Assembly (NCBI RefSeq): GCF_021869535.1
Contig: NW_026262734.1
Location: 111,290,001-111,354,000, forward strand
Direction of reading: 5' to 3'
Source of the DNA: Mytilus californianus
Taxonomy: Eukaryota
Length of the DNA: 64,000 nucleotides
This document shows positions 26,274-38,108 of this stretch, one piece after another. Position 1 is the stretch's first letter; each line of letters opens with the position of its first letter. The translations under genes were made by a program, and so were the position numbers. The notes beneath the pieces are model-generated. The model saw nothing but the letters and a program-made list of their open reading frames with translations. It did not search any database and was not told where the DNA came from.

Positions 26274-26334
26274 ATGCATCTGTCCCTGCAATTGTTACTC
26301 AGTGTTCTAGGATTGTCTCTAGCAGACGACATTT
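26274..26334 (+). CDS. Gene A coding exon 1: signal peptide of a secreted Gly/Ser/Arg/Tyr-rich protein
   Basis: Acceptor TTCTTCTAACAG (26264), ATG at 26274, MHLSLQLLLSVLGLSLA|DDI, phase-1 donor GTAAGT at 26335. Not in the ORF track. Confidence 0.8.
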
Positions 26335-26344
26335 GTAAGTATGA

Positions 26345-26660
26345 ACTAAATACAAACACGTTTAACCCCGCCACATTCTGTATGTGCCTATCCCAAGTAA
26401 GGAGCCTGTAGGTGGTTGTCGTTGGTTCATGTCTGTCATATTTGTTCTTCGTAAATTGTATTGTTATACATTACGCCGTTAGTTTTCTTTTTTGATTTTT
26501 TTCACATTTTTTATGTCGGGGCCTTTTATAGCCGACTATACGGTATGGGTTTTTCTCATTGTTGAAGACCGAACTGTTGCATATAATTGCTTACATCAAC
26601 TTCATTTGAACTTTGGTGGGTAATTATCGCAATTGGCAATAATACCACATCTCCTTATTT
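26345..26660 (-). mobile_element. Abundant dispersed repeat copy in gene A intron 1
   Basis: Matches the copies at 2510-2810 and 8370-8680. Confidence 0.7.
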
Positions 26661-27347
26661 TTATTTATATCAAAGTTATTATTTTTTTTCAAAATAACGT
26701 ATATGTATGGTTGACAATGAGACAACTTTCTATAAGAGACGGAGAAGTTTAACTTGTTTCCTGTTTTGATAATTAATGAGAAGGACATGCCAAACTAAAA
26801 TAAAATGTTTATTTAAAGTAAAACTAAGTCGTGTCGTACATGCCTAAATTAATTCACTTTGATTCGGATGTAGTTCGATGTAAAAATATACAATTCACAA
26901 TACTGAATCAAAATGAATTTATACCTGAATGTACGTATAGCCCTTGCAAATTTTATTTTTATGAATGTCAAAATGTACAAAAGAAATGTACCTTATTGTA
27001 TATCATTTTGACTCTTTAATGTTCAAATCTCACTGATGATCTTCGAACTTCAAATCTTGACCTTATGAGTGAACAAATTCAGGTGAAACCAGTCATACAT
27101 CTTTCCTAGTCCCACAGTTATAAGATCGAAACAGTGACATTTTTATCCTTGCAAAAAAGAAAAAAAAACGAAGAAAGAAAATAAATTAAAAGGCCAAATA
27201 AATGAATATAAAAATAAACCAATAAGACATGTGTATTAAACCTTTCCAATCATAAATTTTAAATGACAAAACATTTTTCTATTTACCATTGCAAAATTAG
27301 CTTAAACATTATATATATGAAAAGTAATTTGTTTTATCATTTGTTAG

Positions 27348-27530
27348 GGAACTTTGGTGACTGGGATGATGACTATTCATACAACGGATATCAACCAACT
27401 GGTTTACTGCGTGGTGGTAGCCAAAGTTTTATGAGATATCCAACTTATCGCAGTTACAACAGGGGAAGTCGAGGTGTATCATCAGGATTTCGAGGAAATC
27501 GAGGAGGATCGTCAGGATTTCGAGGAAGCC
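27348..27530 (+). CDS. Gene A coding exon 2 (183 bp)
   Basis: TTTGTTAG acceptor and GTAAGT donor at 27531; (W)NFGDWDDDYSYNGYQPTGLLRGGSQSFMRYPTYRSYNRGSRGVSSGFRGNRGGSSGFRGS; in frame with exons 1 and 3. Confidence 0.88.
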
Positions 27531-27768
27531 GTAAGTGTCTTAAGATTTACTGTTCACAATCTGATTTAAATACAGATCCTGAATCCACTCTTTACTTACA
27601 CTCCGTTCTACTTTTAACGACTTTTCGGGATCCTTTGGTTTTGTCGTGATAATACACGTCTTAATATTTTTGAAAGCTGAACATCATTGGCTGATTTAAT
27701 AGTTACTAGAACAGGAAGTAGAATGATGTGTTGCCAAATGATTGTAAGGGAAGCATGGACATATGATA

Positions 27769-28987
27769 TGAGGGTATGGAGGGGTTTACAGAATAGGGAA
27801 TAATAAGCAAAGTAAAAAAAAAGAATAGAGAAAAATAGGCAATAAAAGTAAAGAGAAGAGAATAATGGGATAATATAAGATATTTTATTGGTTTAAAATC
27901 CAAAATTATAGGATTGTTACCAAAGACAGTAAACATTGGCTATACATAAACATGCAATCATATATCTGTCCACATTTATAAACATTGTATATATAAATTT
28001 GTATATCCCCTACATTATTAACAAGAAAATATGGTTACATTATTATATATATCTAATCTCTGCTGAGGAGGTTTCTAGAATAATTCTTATTATATCATTC
28101 TCACCACACGTATACAAAAATTTAAATCTTGCTTCATTATTCATATTTAAAAAAGAGGGAACTATTTCACTTATTTTAGAAAATGATTGTTCTCTAATTG
28201 TACATGTATTTCATTTTGCACATTTTATAGTGAAATGAAATTCATCTTCTACTTCTACTTGTAAAAGACACAAGGGACACATTCTTTCTTCTAAAGGAGT
28301 TTTAGTATGTTGACCTTGTTCAATTTTAAGAACACTATTACTTTCTTGATTTTGGCAAAATGTCCTATTACTTTTTTTTCAATGCTTAACATTAAATAGG
28401 TTTTCAATTTGTAATTTTCTTTAAGCTGTCTGTATGTTCTGAGCTTATTACCGTTCAATGATTTATCATCGCAAAACATATTTTCTTTCCAATAATTCAG
28501 GTATCTATCATTAAGTTTGTTATGAAGTGCGTACAATAAAAGCCTTTTTGAAATAGTATCCTAATTTTCCAACACATGTGAAAAAATTAATGTAGCAAGT
28601 AACTGTTCAATCTGTCTTGCAAATCCATTGGCAGGTTTGAACTATATACATCTTTAAGTAAACAATTATTACCAGATTTTATCACATGCAACCAGAAGCC
28701 AATTGACTGTTATAAAGCTTCTATAAAAACTGGATACATACCATGTTCAGCTAGTACTGCTAAATTGACAGCTGTTTTATTTACTCCAATTAAAGTTTTT
28801 GTAAATTTAATCTGAATTTTAATGGTAGCCATTGACCAATATTTTGACTCTAGATTTGTAATATCTTTAATCCTATAAGGAGACCAAACTTTACTACAAT
28901 AAAGAATGCTAAATTAGAAAGAATAGAGAAAAATGGGCACAAAAAATAAAGAATAAATAAATGAAGGATTCCCCATCCAGACCCTCA
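27769..28987. mobile_element. TIR element (TGAGGGT termini, TA TSD) carrying a nested LINE fragment
   Basis: TA|TGAGGGTATGGAGGGG at the left and CCCCATCCAGACCCTCA|TA at the right; internal AGAATAGAGAAAAAT blocks on both sides of the LINE piece. Confidence 0.65.
28230..28904 (-). pseudogene. Non-LTR retrotransposon (CR1/L2-group LINE) ORF2 C-terminal remnant
   Basis: My minus-strand translation gives LYCSKVWSPY...IKFTKTLIGVNKTAVNLAVLAEHGMYP...*QSIGFWLHVI; the ORF track gives YLNYWKE...NKLRTYRQLKENYKLKTYL. Both resemble the post-RT region of LINE ORF2; an in-frame stop is present. Confidence 0.75.
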
Positions 28988-29055
28988 TAAATATTTTTTT
29001 TCATGTTACATTTTTATAACATGTAATGAAACTTTTGATTGATTATTTTTTTCAG

Positions 29056-30498
29056 TTGGATCCACCGGACTCTCATATAATACTGGGTATAGTCAAAATA
29101 AAGGATACGGTTCCTATGGTAACAGTTATAGCGGAAGTCGAGGTTATGGCTCCAATGGCATCAACTATGGTAGTGGAATGTTAACGACTGGATCCTTAGG
29201 TACGTCGATAAGGCCATCAGGGAGGTCTAGATATTATTCGAAAAGTTCATCAATTATTAGACCAAGAGGCAATATTGGAAACAATTTTGGAATAAGGTCT
29301 CTCAATGACGACGACGATTTTGATGATATCAACATTGGTGTTCTTGGTCCTTCTGTTGCTAGGGCACAAACCGGAAGTCGATCTGTACGACCAACAATTA
29401 AGAATCATCAAAGAAAATCTGCTATTAGACCTTTAATAAACAATGTGCCGTCACCGATCAATATTGGAAGATCTTTTGATAACGACGAAGATGAAATAAA
29501 TAGAGGAGTTCTTGGGCCTGCTGTTGTTAGAAGCGGAGGCAGTAGAGCTTCCATACGGCCAATAGCCAAGAAAACGTATCACAGGAAACTAGCCTCTGTT
29601 CGAACCACTGGTAGTGCTGGTGTGGCACCATCACCTGTGAGAACATCTTTTGACGACAACGGAGATGACTTTGACGACGATAATGGTATTCTAGGTTTCA
29701 GTTCTGCAGGTCGACCTTCTGGTATAGCAAGAAAAATATCTCCAAGACTGGGATCCATTGGTAGATCATCTATTGGAATACAACCATCGTTTGGTAATGA
29801 TAGAGATGACTTTGACGACGATAATGGTATTCTAGGTTTCAGTTCTGCAGGTCGACCTTCTGGTATAGCAAGAAAAATATCTCCAAGACGGGGATCTATT
29901 GGTGGATCATCTATTGGAATACAACCATCGTTTGATAATGATAGAGATGACTTTGATAGAGATATACAAGACGATTTCAATGGGGATTTTCAAGATGACT
30001 TTAATGGTGGAATACGTGGGGCGTCTATAAATAGAAATGGTGGAATACTTGGGGCGTCTGTAAATAAAGCTGGGCCGACTTCAACGGGATCAATTACAGG
30101 TAGTCTGGGACCTGCTATAAACAGGGGTGGACATTCATCGCAGTCAAAATCTACTTACTACCACAGAAAACCACACCAGAATATACATGTAACGCATGTA
30201 CATAAATATCGACCGGATTACGATGAAGACAATTTTGGAAGTGCACCAGTATTTAACAGTAGACCACTATACGGTGGATATGCTGGATATGGTACACAGT
30301 ATCCACAATATGGGTCATATGGTTATAGAAGCGGTAACAGTTATGCCAATGGAGGCGGATTTGGAAGCGGAAACTTTGGTGGTGGATCTGGTTTTAGGGG
30401 TCGCTTCCGAGGTTCTGGCGGAGGAAGTGGTGGACGTGGCGGTTCCGGTTCCGGTGGTGGAGAAAGTGATGATTTTGATTTCGATGATGACGAAAGTG
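29056..30498 (+). CDS. Gene A coding exon 3 (1443 bp)
   Basis: TTTTTTTCAG acceptor; open frame starting (L)GSTGLSYNTGYSQNKGYGSYG and running through the 458-aa ORF to DDDES; GTAAGT donor at 30499; length is a multiple of 3. Confidence 0.92.
29664..29960 (+). repeat. 141-bp (47-aa) coding tandem repeat, 2 copies plus a partial
   Basis: DDFDDDNGILGFSSAGRPSGIARKISPR.GSIG.SSIGIQPSF.NDR; units start at 29664, 29805 and 29946. Confidence 0.95.
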
Positions 30499-30694
30499 GT
30501 AAGTATACGTTGAACAACTTCCTTTTTAATATGTCTTTAATAAAACAATTTTGATACTACAACTGATTTTGCTTGGTACAGATACATTGAGAAAAAACAC
30601 CAAAGATAGGCGAACAAATTATAACTGTGTACTGAGGTAATCTATCATTTAAAAAAATGTCTTATATCTCAGGAATTCAATATCAAGTCTTTTG

Positions 30695-30898
30695 ATAGGC
30701 CCTTTCACGGTTATTTCAGCCATATTGAATAGGGGAAGATTTTCATAGTGGAGGTGAAAATCCTTAAAAAACACGGGACAACATAATTGATACAGAACAG
30801 TTGCTTAGAAACATGCATATGTTTTCCCTTTCTTTATTACTATTTCCCCCTCCATCAAAAAAATTTGTCCCTATTCAATATATTTTTTAATGGCCTAT
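30695..30898. mobile_element. Small MITE-like insertion in gene A intron 3
   Basis: Terminal ATAGGCC/GGCCTAT and internal inverted repeat ATATTGAATAGGG (30722-30734) / CCCTATTCAATAT (30869-30881). Confidence 0.55.
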
Positions 30899-30960
30899 TT
30901 TTAAAAAAAAATCTTATTTGACAAGAGTATAAGATAAATTTATCATCAATATTTCAGCAG

Positions 30961-31179
30961 GATCTAGCGGTAGTTCTGGCAGCGGAGGTGGATTCGGCGG
31001 TGGATTTAATGGTCTGGGTGGTATTGGTGGTGTAGCAGGACGATTTGTCGGTGGAGGTTTTGGATCAGTTGGTGGTATTGGTAGTATCGGTGGCAACCAA
31101 GGTCGCTATTACGGATATGGAGTATATCCTAACAGTAAAAATATTAACCACTATGCTAACTATAAGAATAGTTACAGAA
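30961..31179 (+). CDS. Gene A coding exon 4 (219 bp; 222 bp with the alternative acceptor at 30958)
   Basis: TTTCAGCAG tandem acceptor; (G)SSGSSGSGGGFGGGFNGLGGIGGVAGRFVGGGFGSVGGIGSIGGNQGRYYGYGVYPNSKNINHYANYKNSYR; GTAAGT donor at 31180. Confidence 0.88.
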
Positions 31180-31795
31180 GTAAGTACTTAGATTAAATAT
31201 CAGCAGACATCAGCATACTATCATACACCAAATGCGAATAATTTACAAATATATTGAGAACATTATGCACTGTCCGGCGAGAATCTTACTAAATTATTAT
31301 TCCATCCCGAGACCGTAATTTTGTATACTTTTGAAAGCACCGTAGAAGTATTGACAATCAACGTTCTTATAACCTCTTAACCATCTTACGTGAAACCGAC
31401 ATAGTGTTTCACTATATCATGTATATGCTTAAGTCCATTTTGACAAAATGAAACATCAGTGAACACGGTTTGACTATACTGACAAGTTGCTTAAACGATA
31501 CTCTCCGATAACAACGCTTTTATAATTTTATTTATAATTTTCCCTCGAATGAAACTCGTTTTTATCTATATTGCCCTTAGGACCGTCAAAACCATTTCTT
31601 ATTACATAGGAATTGGGGATATCTTTATCAAAGAGATTCTTTATCCTTAGAACCTGTCGCAAAAAAAAAAACACCACCAAAATATACCAATTTAAAAAAA
31701 GAGCTATATGACATGCGCGATGACACGTAAACAATCTTCCATATCGAACTTTTTCTATACATGATCAATTGAGGGGGATGACACCTTTTTAGTAT

Positions 31796-32005
31796 GTGGG
31801 ATATAGGGGTAAAAAAGTGGGGATTAAGGGTATAGGGGGTAAGGAAAATAGGGATGTGGGATATAGGGGATGAAAAAAGTGGGGATAAAGGGTAAAGGGG
31901 GTAAGGAAAATAGGGATGTGGGATATAGGGGATGAAAAAAGTGGGGATAAAGGGTAAAGGGGGTAAGGAAAATAGGGATGTGGGATATAGGGGATGAAAA
32001 AAGTG
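31796..32005. repeat. Purine-rich 60-62-bp repeat, about 3.5 copies, inside a possible MITE (31770-32110)
   Basis: GTGGGATATAGGGG units start at 31796, 31856, 31918 and 31980; flanked by TGAGGGGG and CCCCCTCA. Confidence 0.85.
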
Positions 32006-32645
32006 AGATCTAGGAAAAATCATCCGAAAGGGAAAAAAATTGGGAGGTGTCAAAAAATTACAAAAAAAAGCCGGTTTTGTTAAATGGCCAACCCCGTGTC
32101 GACCCCCTCATTAATTATCATTTGTGTTTTATGTTATTGTTTTGTGGTATTTTGTTTTTTATTCCCGTCAATGTGTTTTTTTCTCTTCATCAAACTATTT
32201 AAATTTGAATATGTGTTAAGTATATATCTGTGATCTCAGTATATTGTTATCTGTTAGCTATTTATTCTTATCACATAATTTCACTCTATAAAATAATATT
32301 TTAATCACACAACATTACCTAGAACGTAAATACTACGATTCTTTAAATAAATAATGAAATAAATCATAAATTTTAAACTGATATATTCCGGATAAAATGT
32401 ATAAACGAAGTCCTTTTTTATTTAAATATTTTCAAGGCTCAAAGGTCATCCTGGCTCTTTTTAATTGATACAATTGGATAATGGTAATGTTTGTGTAATT
32501 AACCTGTAACAGCAGTGGTACTAAATGCATTATAAACCTGTTAGCTAAATTATTTTATATATTACATGCATTACGCTACACGTACGACCGAATTCGTTTA
32601 ATGTATTGGCATAATTAGTCTAACAACCTACTTTCTTCATTACAG

Positions 32646-32656
32646 AGTCATACTAA
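32646..32656 (+). CDS. Gene A terminal coding micro-segment (K-S-Y-stop)
   Basis: CTTTCTTCATTACAG acceptor; A|AG TCA TAC TAA completes the phase-1 codon; AATAAA follows 105 bp later. Confidence 0.65.
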
Positions 32657-32760
32657 TGGATTTTATGACCTGTGGACATATTGACTGGACAAAGAGGTCA
32701 TATTGGTCATTATGAGATTTGACATGTCATATTTACGTATGTCAAAGTGTGACTTCATGC

Positions 32761-32766
32761 AATAAA
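32761..32766 (+). terminator. Candidate polyadenylation signal of gene A
   Basis: AATAAA downstream of the predicted stop at 32656. Confidence 0.55.
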
Positions 32767-34818
32767 CTGACTGATTTGTGAGAATCTATGGGAGGTTATC
32801 TGTCTTCAATCCGGTTTACAACTTGTTAGATCTCGAAACTGATAAGTTTTTAATAAATGTATTAAACTGGTTTTACTTATTCCCACTAGACATTTTTTAT
32901 GGCATACAGTTCGATCTTATTATTTTGAATGTTTGTGTGTCATGGATGACAATTGACTTGACTTGTTGTTTTGTAAGAATATAACCAACAGAAGTAAATC
33001 AAAATTCTCAATTTGATTTCAAATCTTCCAGTATACCGACACCTACATCACAAGAACAAAGGAACACTCAGTGGTAGTTGCATTTTATTTCGCCATTTAA
33101 AAAACAAAACAAAACAAACTGGAACAATTCAACTTCTTGATAATAGCATACGAGTATAAAGGAGAAAATTTACATTGCTTAATATTTTTCCTTTCTAAAA
33201 TATGCCAAAATGTACATGTATGTGCGACTTCATGATGTATAAATATTGCGTATAATATCGTTTCATCTTGGCCTCTTGTAAATGTTCTAAAACTAATCGT
33301 TCAGTGCTTTTAACTAGTCCCTTAACTACTATCATCACCTTTGGTAATAAAAATGGGAAATGAAAATAGTGGAATTAACTATTTTTGGAGTTTAAAAAAT
33401 GTTTATGATTCGGTTGAGTGTTGACTTTTAGACTCTCTACACTTCACTTCCACAAAATCTTGTCAAACGAAAGTTTTCCTATTCAATAAAATTGTCCTTT
33501 CCTAGATTAAGATATTTCATTTTTTTTCACGGGAAACTCTACACAAACTTTACGACAAAAGGCACGATTTTCGTTCTCTGGTGATATTTTTTCTTTTTTT
33601 GGATGGTGGGAAAGTGTCTTTGGCCTCATCTTACGGTGTTTATATATCCATCTCATCACTATGGCCGTGTAACGTAATCTATGTATTACTGGAAATTATC
33701 AAGTCAAGGATTTCGTTACCATAAATTGCTTTTAAAACCTTTACTCATTTTTTTCATATATACAAAGATTTGGTTTGAAAGTTTGGCTGTACCTGTAGAA
33801 AACTTATTGCAAACGGGATAGCACACCTTAATTTTTCGGTGATGTTGTTTATCGAGCTCAAAAATTAGGATACGATCCGGGTAAACTTATCGATCCTCCA
33901 TATAAACTTACAAGGTAAAAATATAACACTGTAATTAGATCTTTGAATGTTGTTTTTATTTGCATACATATTGATTTTGTTATACCAAACTAAATATCAT
34001 TGCTATACACCTGTACAACATTCATGGTCCTACATTCTGTCGACACCTATTTTGGCATTGCTCTAGATCATGTTTTTCTCTGACTGTTAATAACATCATT
34101 GCACTTAATTCATTAGATATTGAATGTGTATTGGTTGATATTTCAGTTTTATATTCATGATTTTTTATTGGCTTTGAGCTGTACTTTGTGTCTTTAGTGT
34201 TTTTATTAGTTGTTTTTTGTATTTTGTGAAGATCTGTTGAGTTAATCCCTTTTTAAGTGATTTTTTATAGTTTGTTCTTATGTTGTGCTTTTACACGACT
34301 GTCCCAGGTAAGAAGGAGGGTTGGGTGCCCGCAAACATGTTTTACCCCACACTCTCTATGTGCCAGTCCCAAGTCAGGAGCCTGTAATTCAGTGGTTGTC
34401 GTTCCTAGCTGTATATCATATTTATTTTTCGTTAATTGTTTTACCTTTTTCATTTAGAGCCTTTGATAATTTCCTATGCAGTAATGGATTTGCTCAATGT
34501 TTAAGAAGATATGGTGACCCAGAGTGTCCAACTTCTACGCCATTTGGGCTCTGATGGAGAGTTGTCTCATTGACAATCCTACCACAGCTTCTTACTTCTA
34601 TATTATGTGTGGTATAATTTGGTTGGCCATGATACTGCGTGAACTTCATATATTTAGGCTTTTTAATTTGAATTCGTACCAACAATTTATCTGCACCAGG
34701 AAAATATTGCGTCAACATTTTTGAAAACAAATGTAACAGTGAAAGAAACAAATGTAGAATTTAATATCTAAAAGGGCCTAACCTAAATGGAATAGTCAAA
34801 ACTGTCAACTTTGACTAA

Positions 34819-35116
34819 GGGAGCTACCATTTGATTTTTAGGGGGGGGGGGGGGGGGGGGCTAAGATGAAATTTGAAAAAAAGGCAGGACATGAGTTTTA
34901 AATTCAAAAAAAGGCAGGATGAACAACTTCGCAAAAAAAAAAAGGCAGGATGACAATTTATGTAAAAAAAGTCAGGATAAACTAATAAAAAAAAAGGCAG
35001 GACCGAATAGAGTGAAAATAAAAAGGCAGGACAGAGTTTACAACTAAAAAAAAATGCGGGACAAAATTTTTCATCCTAGCCCCCCATAAAAAATCAAATG
35101 GTACAATGTAGCTCCC
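34819..35116. mobile_element. PIF/Harbinger (Tourist-like) MITE with TAA TSD
   Basis: TAA|GGGAGCTACCATTTGATTTT at the left and AAAATCAAATGGTA(caatgta)GCTCCC|TAA at the right; internal AAAAAGGCAGGA repeats. Confidence 0.75.
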
Positions 35117-36542
35117 TAAAGGAATTAAAACCTAACATTCTGTAAAATTTCTTAAATTCATCAGATGATACTTCATTAAAATTTACCCAATTTATCGTTG
35201 GTAAAATTTGCAATGCCGAAACATACATAACTGGAGGGTACGTACCATCCATTATCAGGAAATTTACCTCTAGTAAATTGGTAAAGTAAGTAAGTAAGTA
35301 AGTAAATTTTATTTAGAGTCGGGCATGATTTGTACAATTCAACAAGGTAAACATGAGCTCTGTAGACCTCTTAACCGACTTAGTATATGATAATGCCGAT
35401 GACACACTCGTTATTTATAAACAAACAGTTATTTTCAAATTTCATTTGTGGTTAAGTAAATAATATGAAAACAATATTGGTAAAACGGAAGAGGAATTTG
35501 TCCACGGACAAGGAAGCCCTTGTTTTGATCAGATGAGTTATTGGTTCTGCAAATAAGGCCAATTGTAATACAAGAAACATGTCAAATTGAATCCCGATCA
35601 TTGTTCGATATTTTATTCTCAAAATGCGGAAAAAAGATACCAAGGGATTAATACAAATCACGTGTCGAAAAGGAAATAATTATGCAACAAAAGACAAAAA
35701 TATTAAGACATCATCATTTAGTCTTCTACAATATGTCGTGTGCTAAATCGCCCTGAGTCTGAAAAGTATAAATTAAAATCAAATTCTACAAATAGTATAA
35801 ACACTAAGTCATGGCATCATACAATTATTGACGATATTCTGGACTTCAAACAGAAATACGAAAAAAAGGCGGATTATTTAGATCTCAATTCTATCCCCTT
35901 TATATTGATCAGTTGACCAAAAAAAGGCATACAAAGAATGAACAATACAAATAGCGATGCAGTAGATCACTTATCACTATACAAGTAATATAATACACAA
36001 AAACACTTGTACAAACAAAAAATTTATCGTATCAAAGAATATTCGGAGTTTCAGAGACAAGTTCAGTGTTCCTAGTAACTGATAATACAAAATCATCCAA
36101 TATATACTCTAATATCCGCGGCTGTACTGTACATAAGATTCAACGGTATAAACAGTTCATTAACACATGATATTGAGCAAGGCCCATAACAAACCTGTGC
36201 AGAATTCCAATGCAAACGGACATTTTTATCTTGCGTTAGACTATAAAGCGAATTGATTCATCCCTAAATTATATTAGACGCATTGATTGAATTACAGAAG
36301 AATAATTATAACCGTAATCAGTCTATGAAGCCAAAAAGACACATCTAAAGGTAAAAAAAAACAGATATGGTTTTACCTGCGTCGCCAAGGGCGAAAGCAG
36401 GTCAAGTAATCGCCCCACTCCGTCCGTTCGAAAAACCATTGGTAGAAAACTTTTGTCACACTTTTCTTGGCTATGATGGAAGGGAAAGATTTTATATTTG
36501 TTCTGCAGCTTGATAATGTTCAGTTGTAGCGTGTCAGCCATT

Positions 36543-36725
36543 TTTACACATACCGTGCAGTCAATTCTTGGTTGTCGATAGTTTTATGTTTACACATACC
36601 GTGCAGTCAATTCTTGGTTGTCGATAGTTTTATGTTTACACATACCGTGCAGTCAATTCATGGTTGTCGATAGTTTTATGTTTACACATACCGTGCAGTC
36701 AATTCATGGTTGTCGATAGTTTTAT
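36543..36725. repeat. 46-bp tandem repeat, about 4 copies
   Basis: TTTACACATACCGTGCAGTCAATTCWTGGTTGTCGATAGTTTTATG. Confidence 0.95.
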
Positions 36726-36775
36726 ACTTAACAACACTCATTGTACAACAAAGCATTTCTTCAATCTTTTCTTGG

Positions 36776-36960
36776 CTTCCATGGAGTGGAATGATAATCT
36801 ATGCTGAAGTATGCATGTTACCTCAATCAATTACATTCAGCGGCGCAAGTCCATACCCAGTATTAGTCTTCCATGGAGTGGAATGATAATCTATGCTTAA
36901 GTATGCATGACACCATAATCAATTACATTCAGCGGCGCAAGTCCAGACCAGGTATTGGTC
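36776..36960. repeat. 92-bp tandem duplication
   Basis: CTTCCATGGAGTGGAATGATAATCTATGCT starts at 36776 and 36868. Confidence 0.9.
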
Positions 36961-37280
36961 TTAGTGCCGAATAATATTACTATAAAAAGCTGGATATGAA
37001 TTATTACTTTTTATTAAATTCCTTGAATGGGTATCATACTTCTATGATAAATCTCTATATTTGTTATTATTTAAAAAAAAAATCCACAATTCAATTGATA
37101 TCTATAAACTCTAAAAAGGTTTAAGTAATGAAAATATTGCGGTCATTTCAATCTGATAGGTCAATGTAAACACGGGCATATCGAACTAACTGAAAATTAT
37201 ACTCTTCGGTTTAAAAAGCACCCAAAACGGAACATTTCCACCAACTTATGGTATATTCTATATACACGTCATATTTCCCG

Positions 37281-37547
37281 CTTATGGTGTCACTTATGCT
37301 GACTGCTCCGTATCATCCGAGTTCAATATAAAATAAAATGTGGAATGATTGCCAATAACGTGAATGTTAGTAACAATCGACCAACGTACGGCTTTCAAAA
37401 ACGAGCAAAACCCACTTATGGTGTCACTTATGCTGACTGCTCCGTATCATCCGAGTTCAATATAAAATAAAATGTGGAATGATTGCCAATAACGTGAATG
37501 TAAGTAACAATCGATTTACGTACGGCTTTCAAAAACGAGCAAAACCC
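37281..37547. repeat. 134-bp tandem duplication
   Basis: CTTATGGTGTCACTTATGCTGACTGC starts at 37281 and 37415. Confidence 0.9.
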
Positions 37548-37739
37548 GTAAACACGGTATTCGGGGGGTTCATGTTGCCAATCTGTAGTTTTTTGTGAAG
37601 TGCTTGTGGACTGTTGTATATGTGTTTGTCTTTTTTTTTTACCATAATGGTGTTGGTTGTCTTTTAGACTTAGCGTTTGCCGCTGAATGACTCTTAAGTT
37701 TTTATCTGTGTTTATTGTACAAATTAAGCAATATTCAAG

Positions 37740-38105
37740 TGATATGTTGTGATGTTACACTATTGTTTCAGATAAGGGTGAAGGCTTGGTACCATTGAAA
37801 CGTTTAAACCCGCTGCAATTGTTTGCACCTGTCCTAAGTCAGGAATCTGATGTTCAGTAGTTGTCGTTTGTTGATGTGGTTCATAAGTGTTTCTCATTTC
37901 TCGTTTTTTATATAGATTAGACCGTTGGTTTTCCCGTTTGAATGGTTTTACACTAGGAATTTTTGGGGCCCTTTATAGCTTGCTGTTTGGTGTGAGCCAA
38001 GGCTCTGTGTTGAAGACCGTACTTTGACCTATAATGGTTTACTTTTATAAATTTTGACTTGGATGGAGAGTTGTCTCATTGGCACTCATACCACATCATA
38101 TATCT
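37740..38105 (-). mobile_element. Abundant dispersed repeat family copy
   Basis: Closely matches 52575-52870 and 63785-63935. Confidence 0.7.
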
Positions 38106-38108
38106 ATA

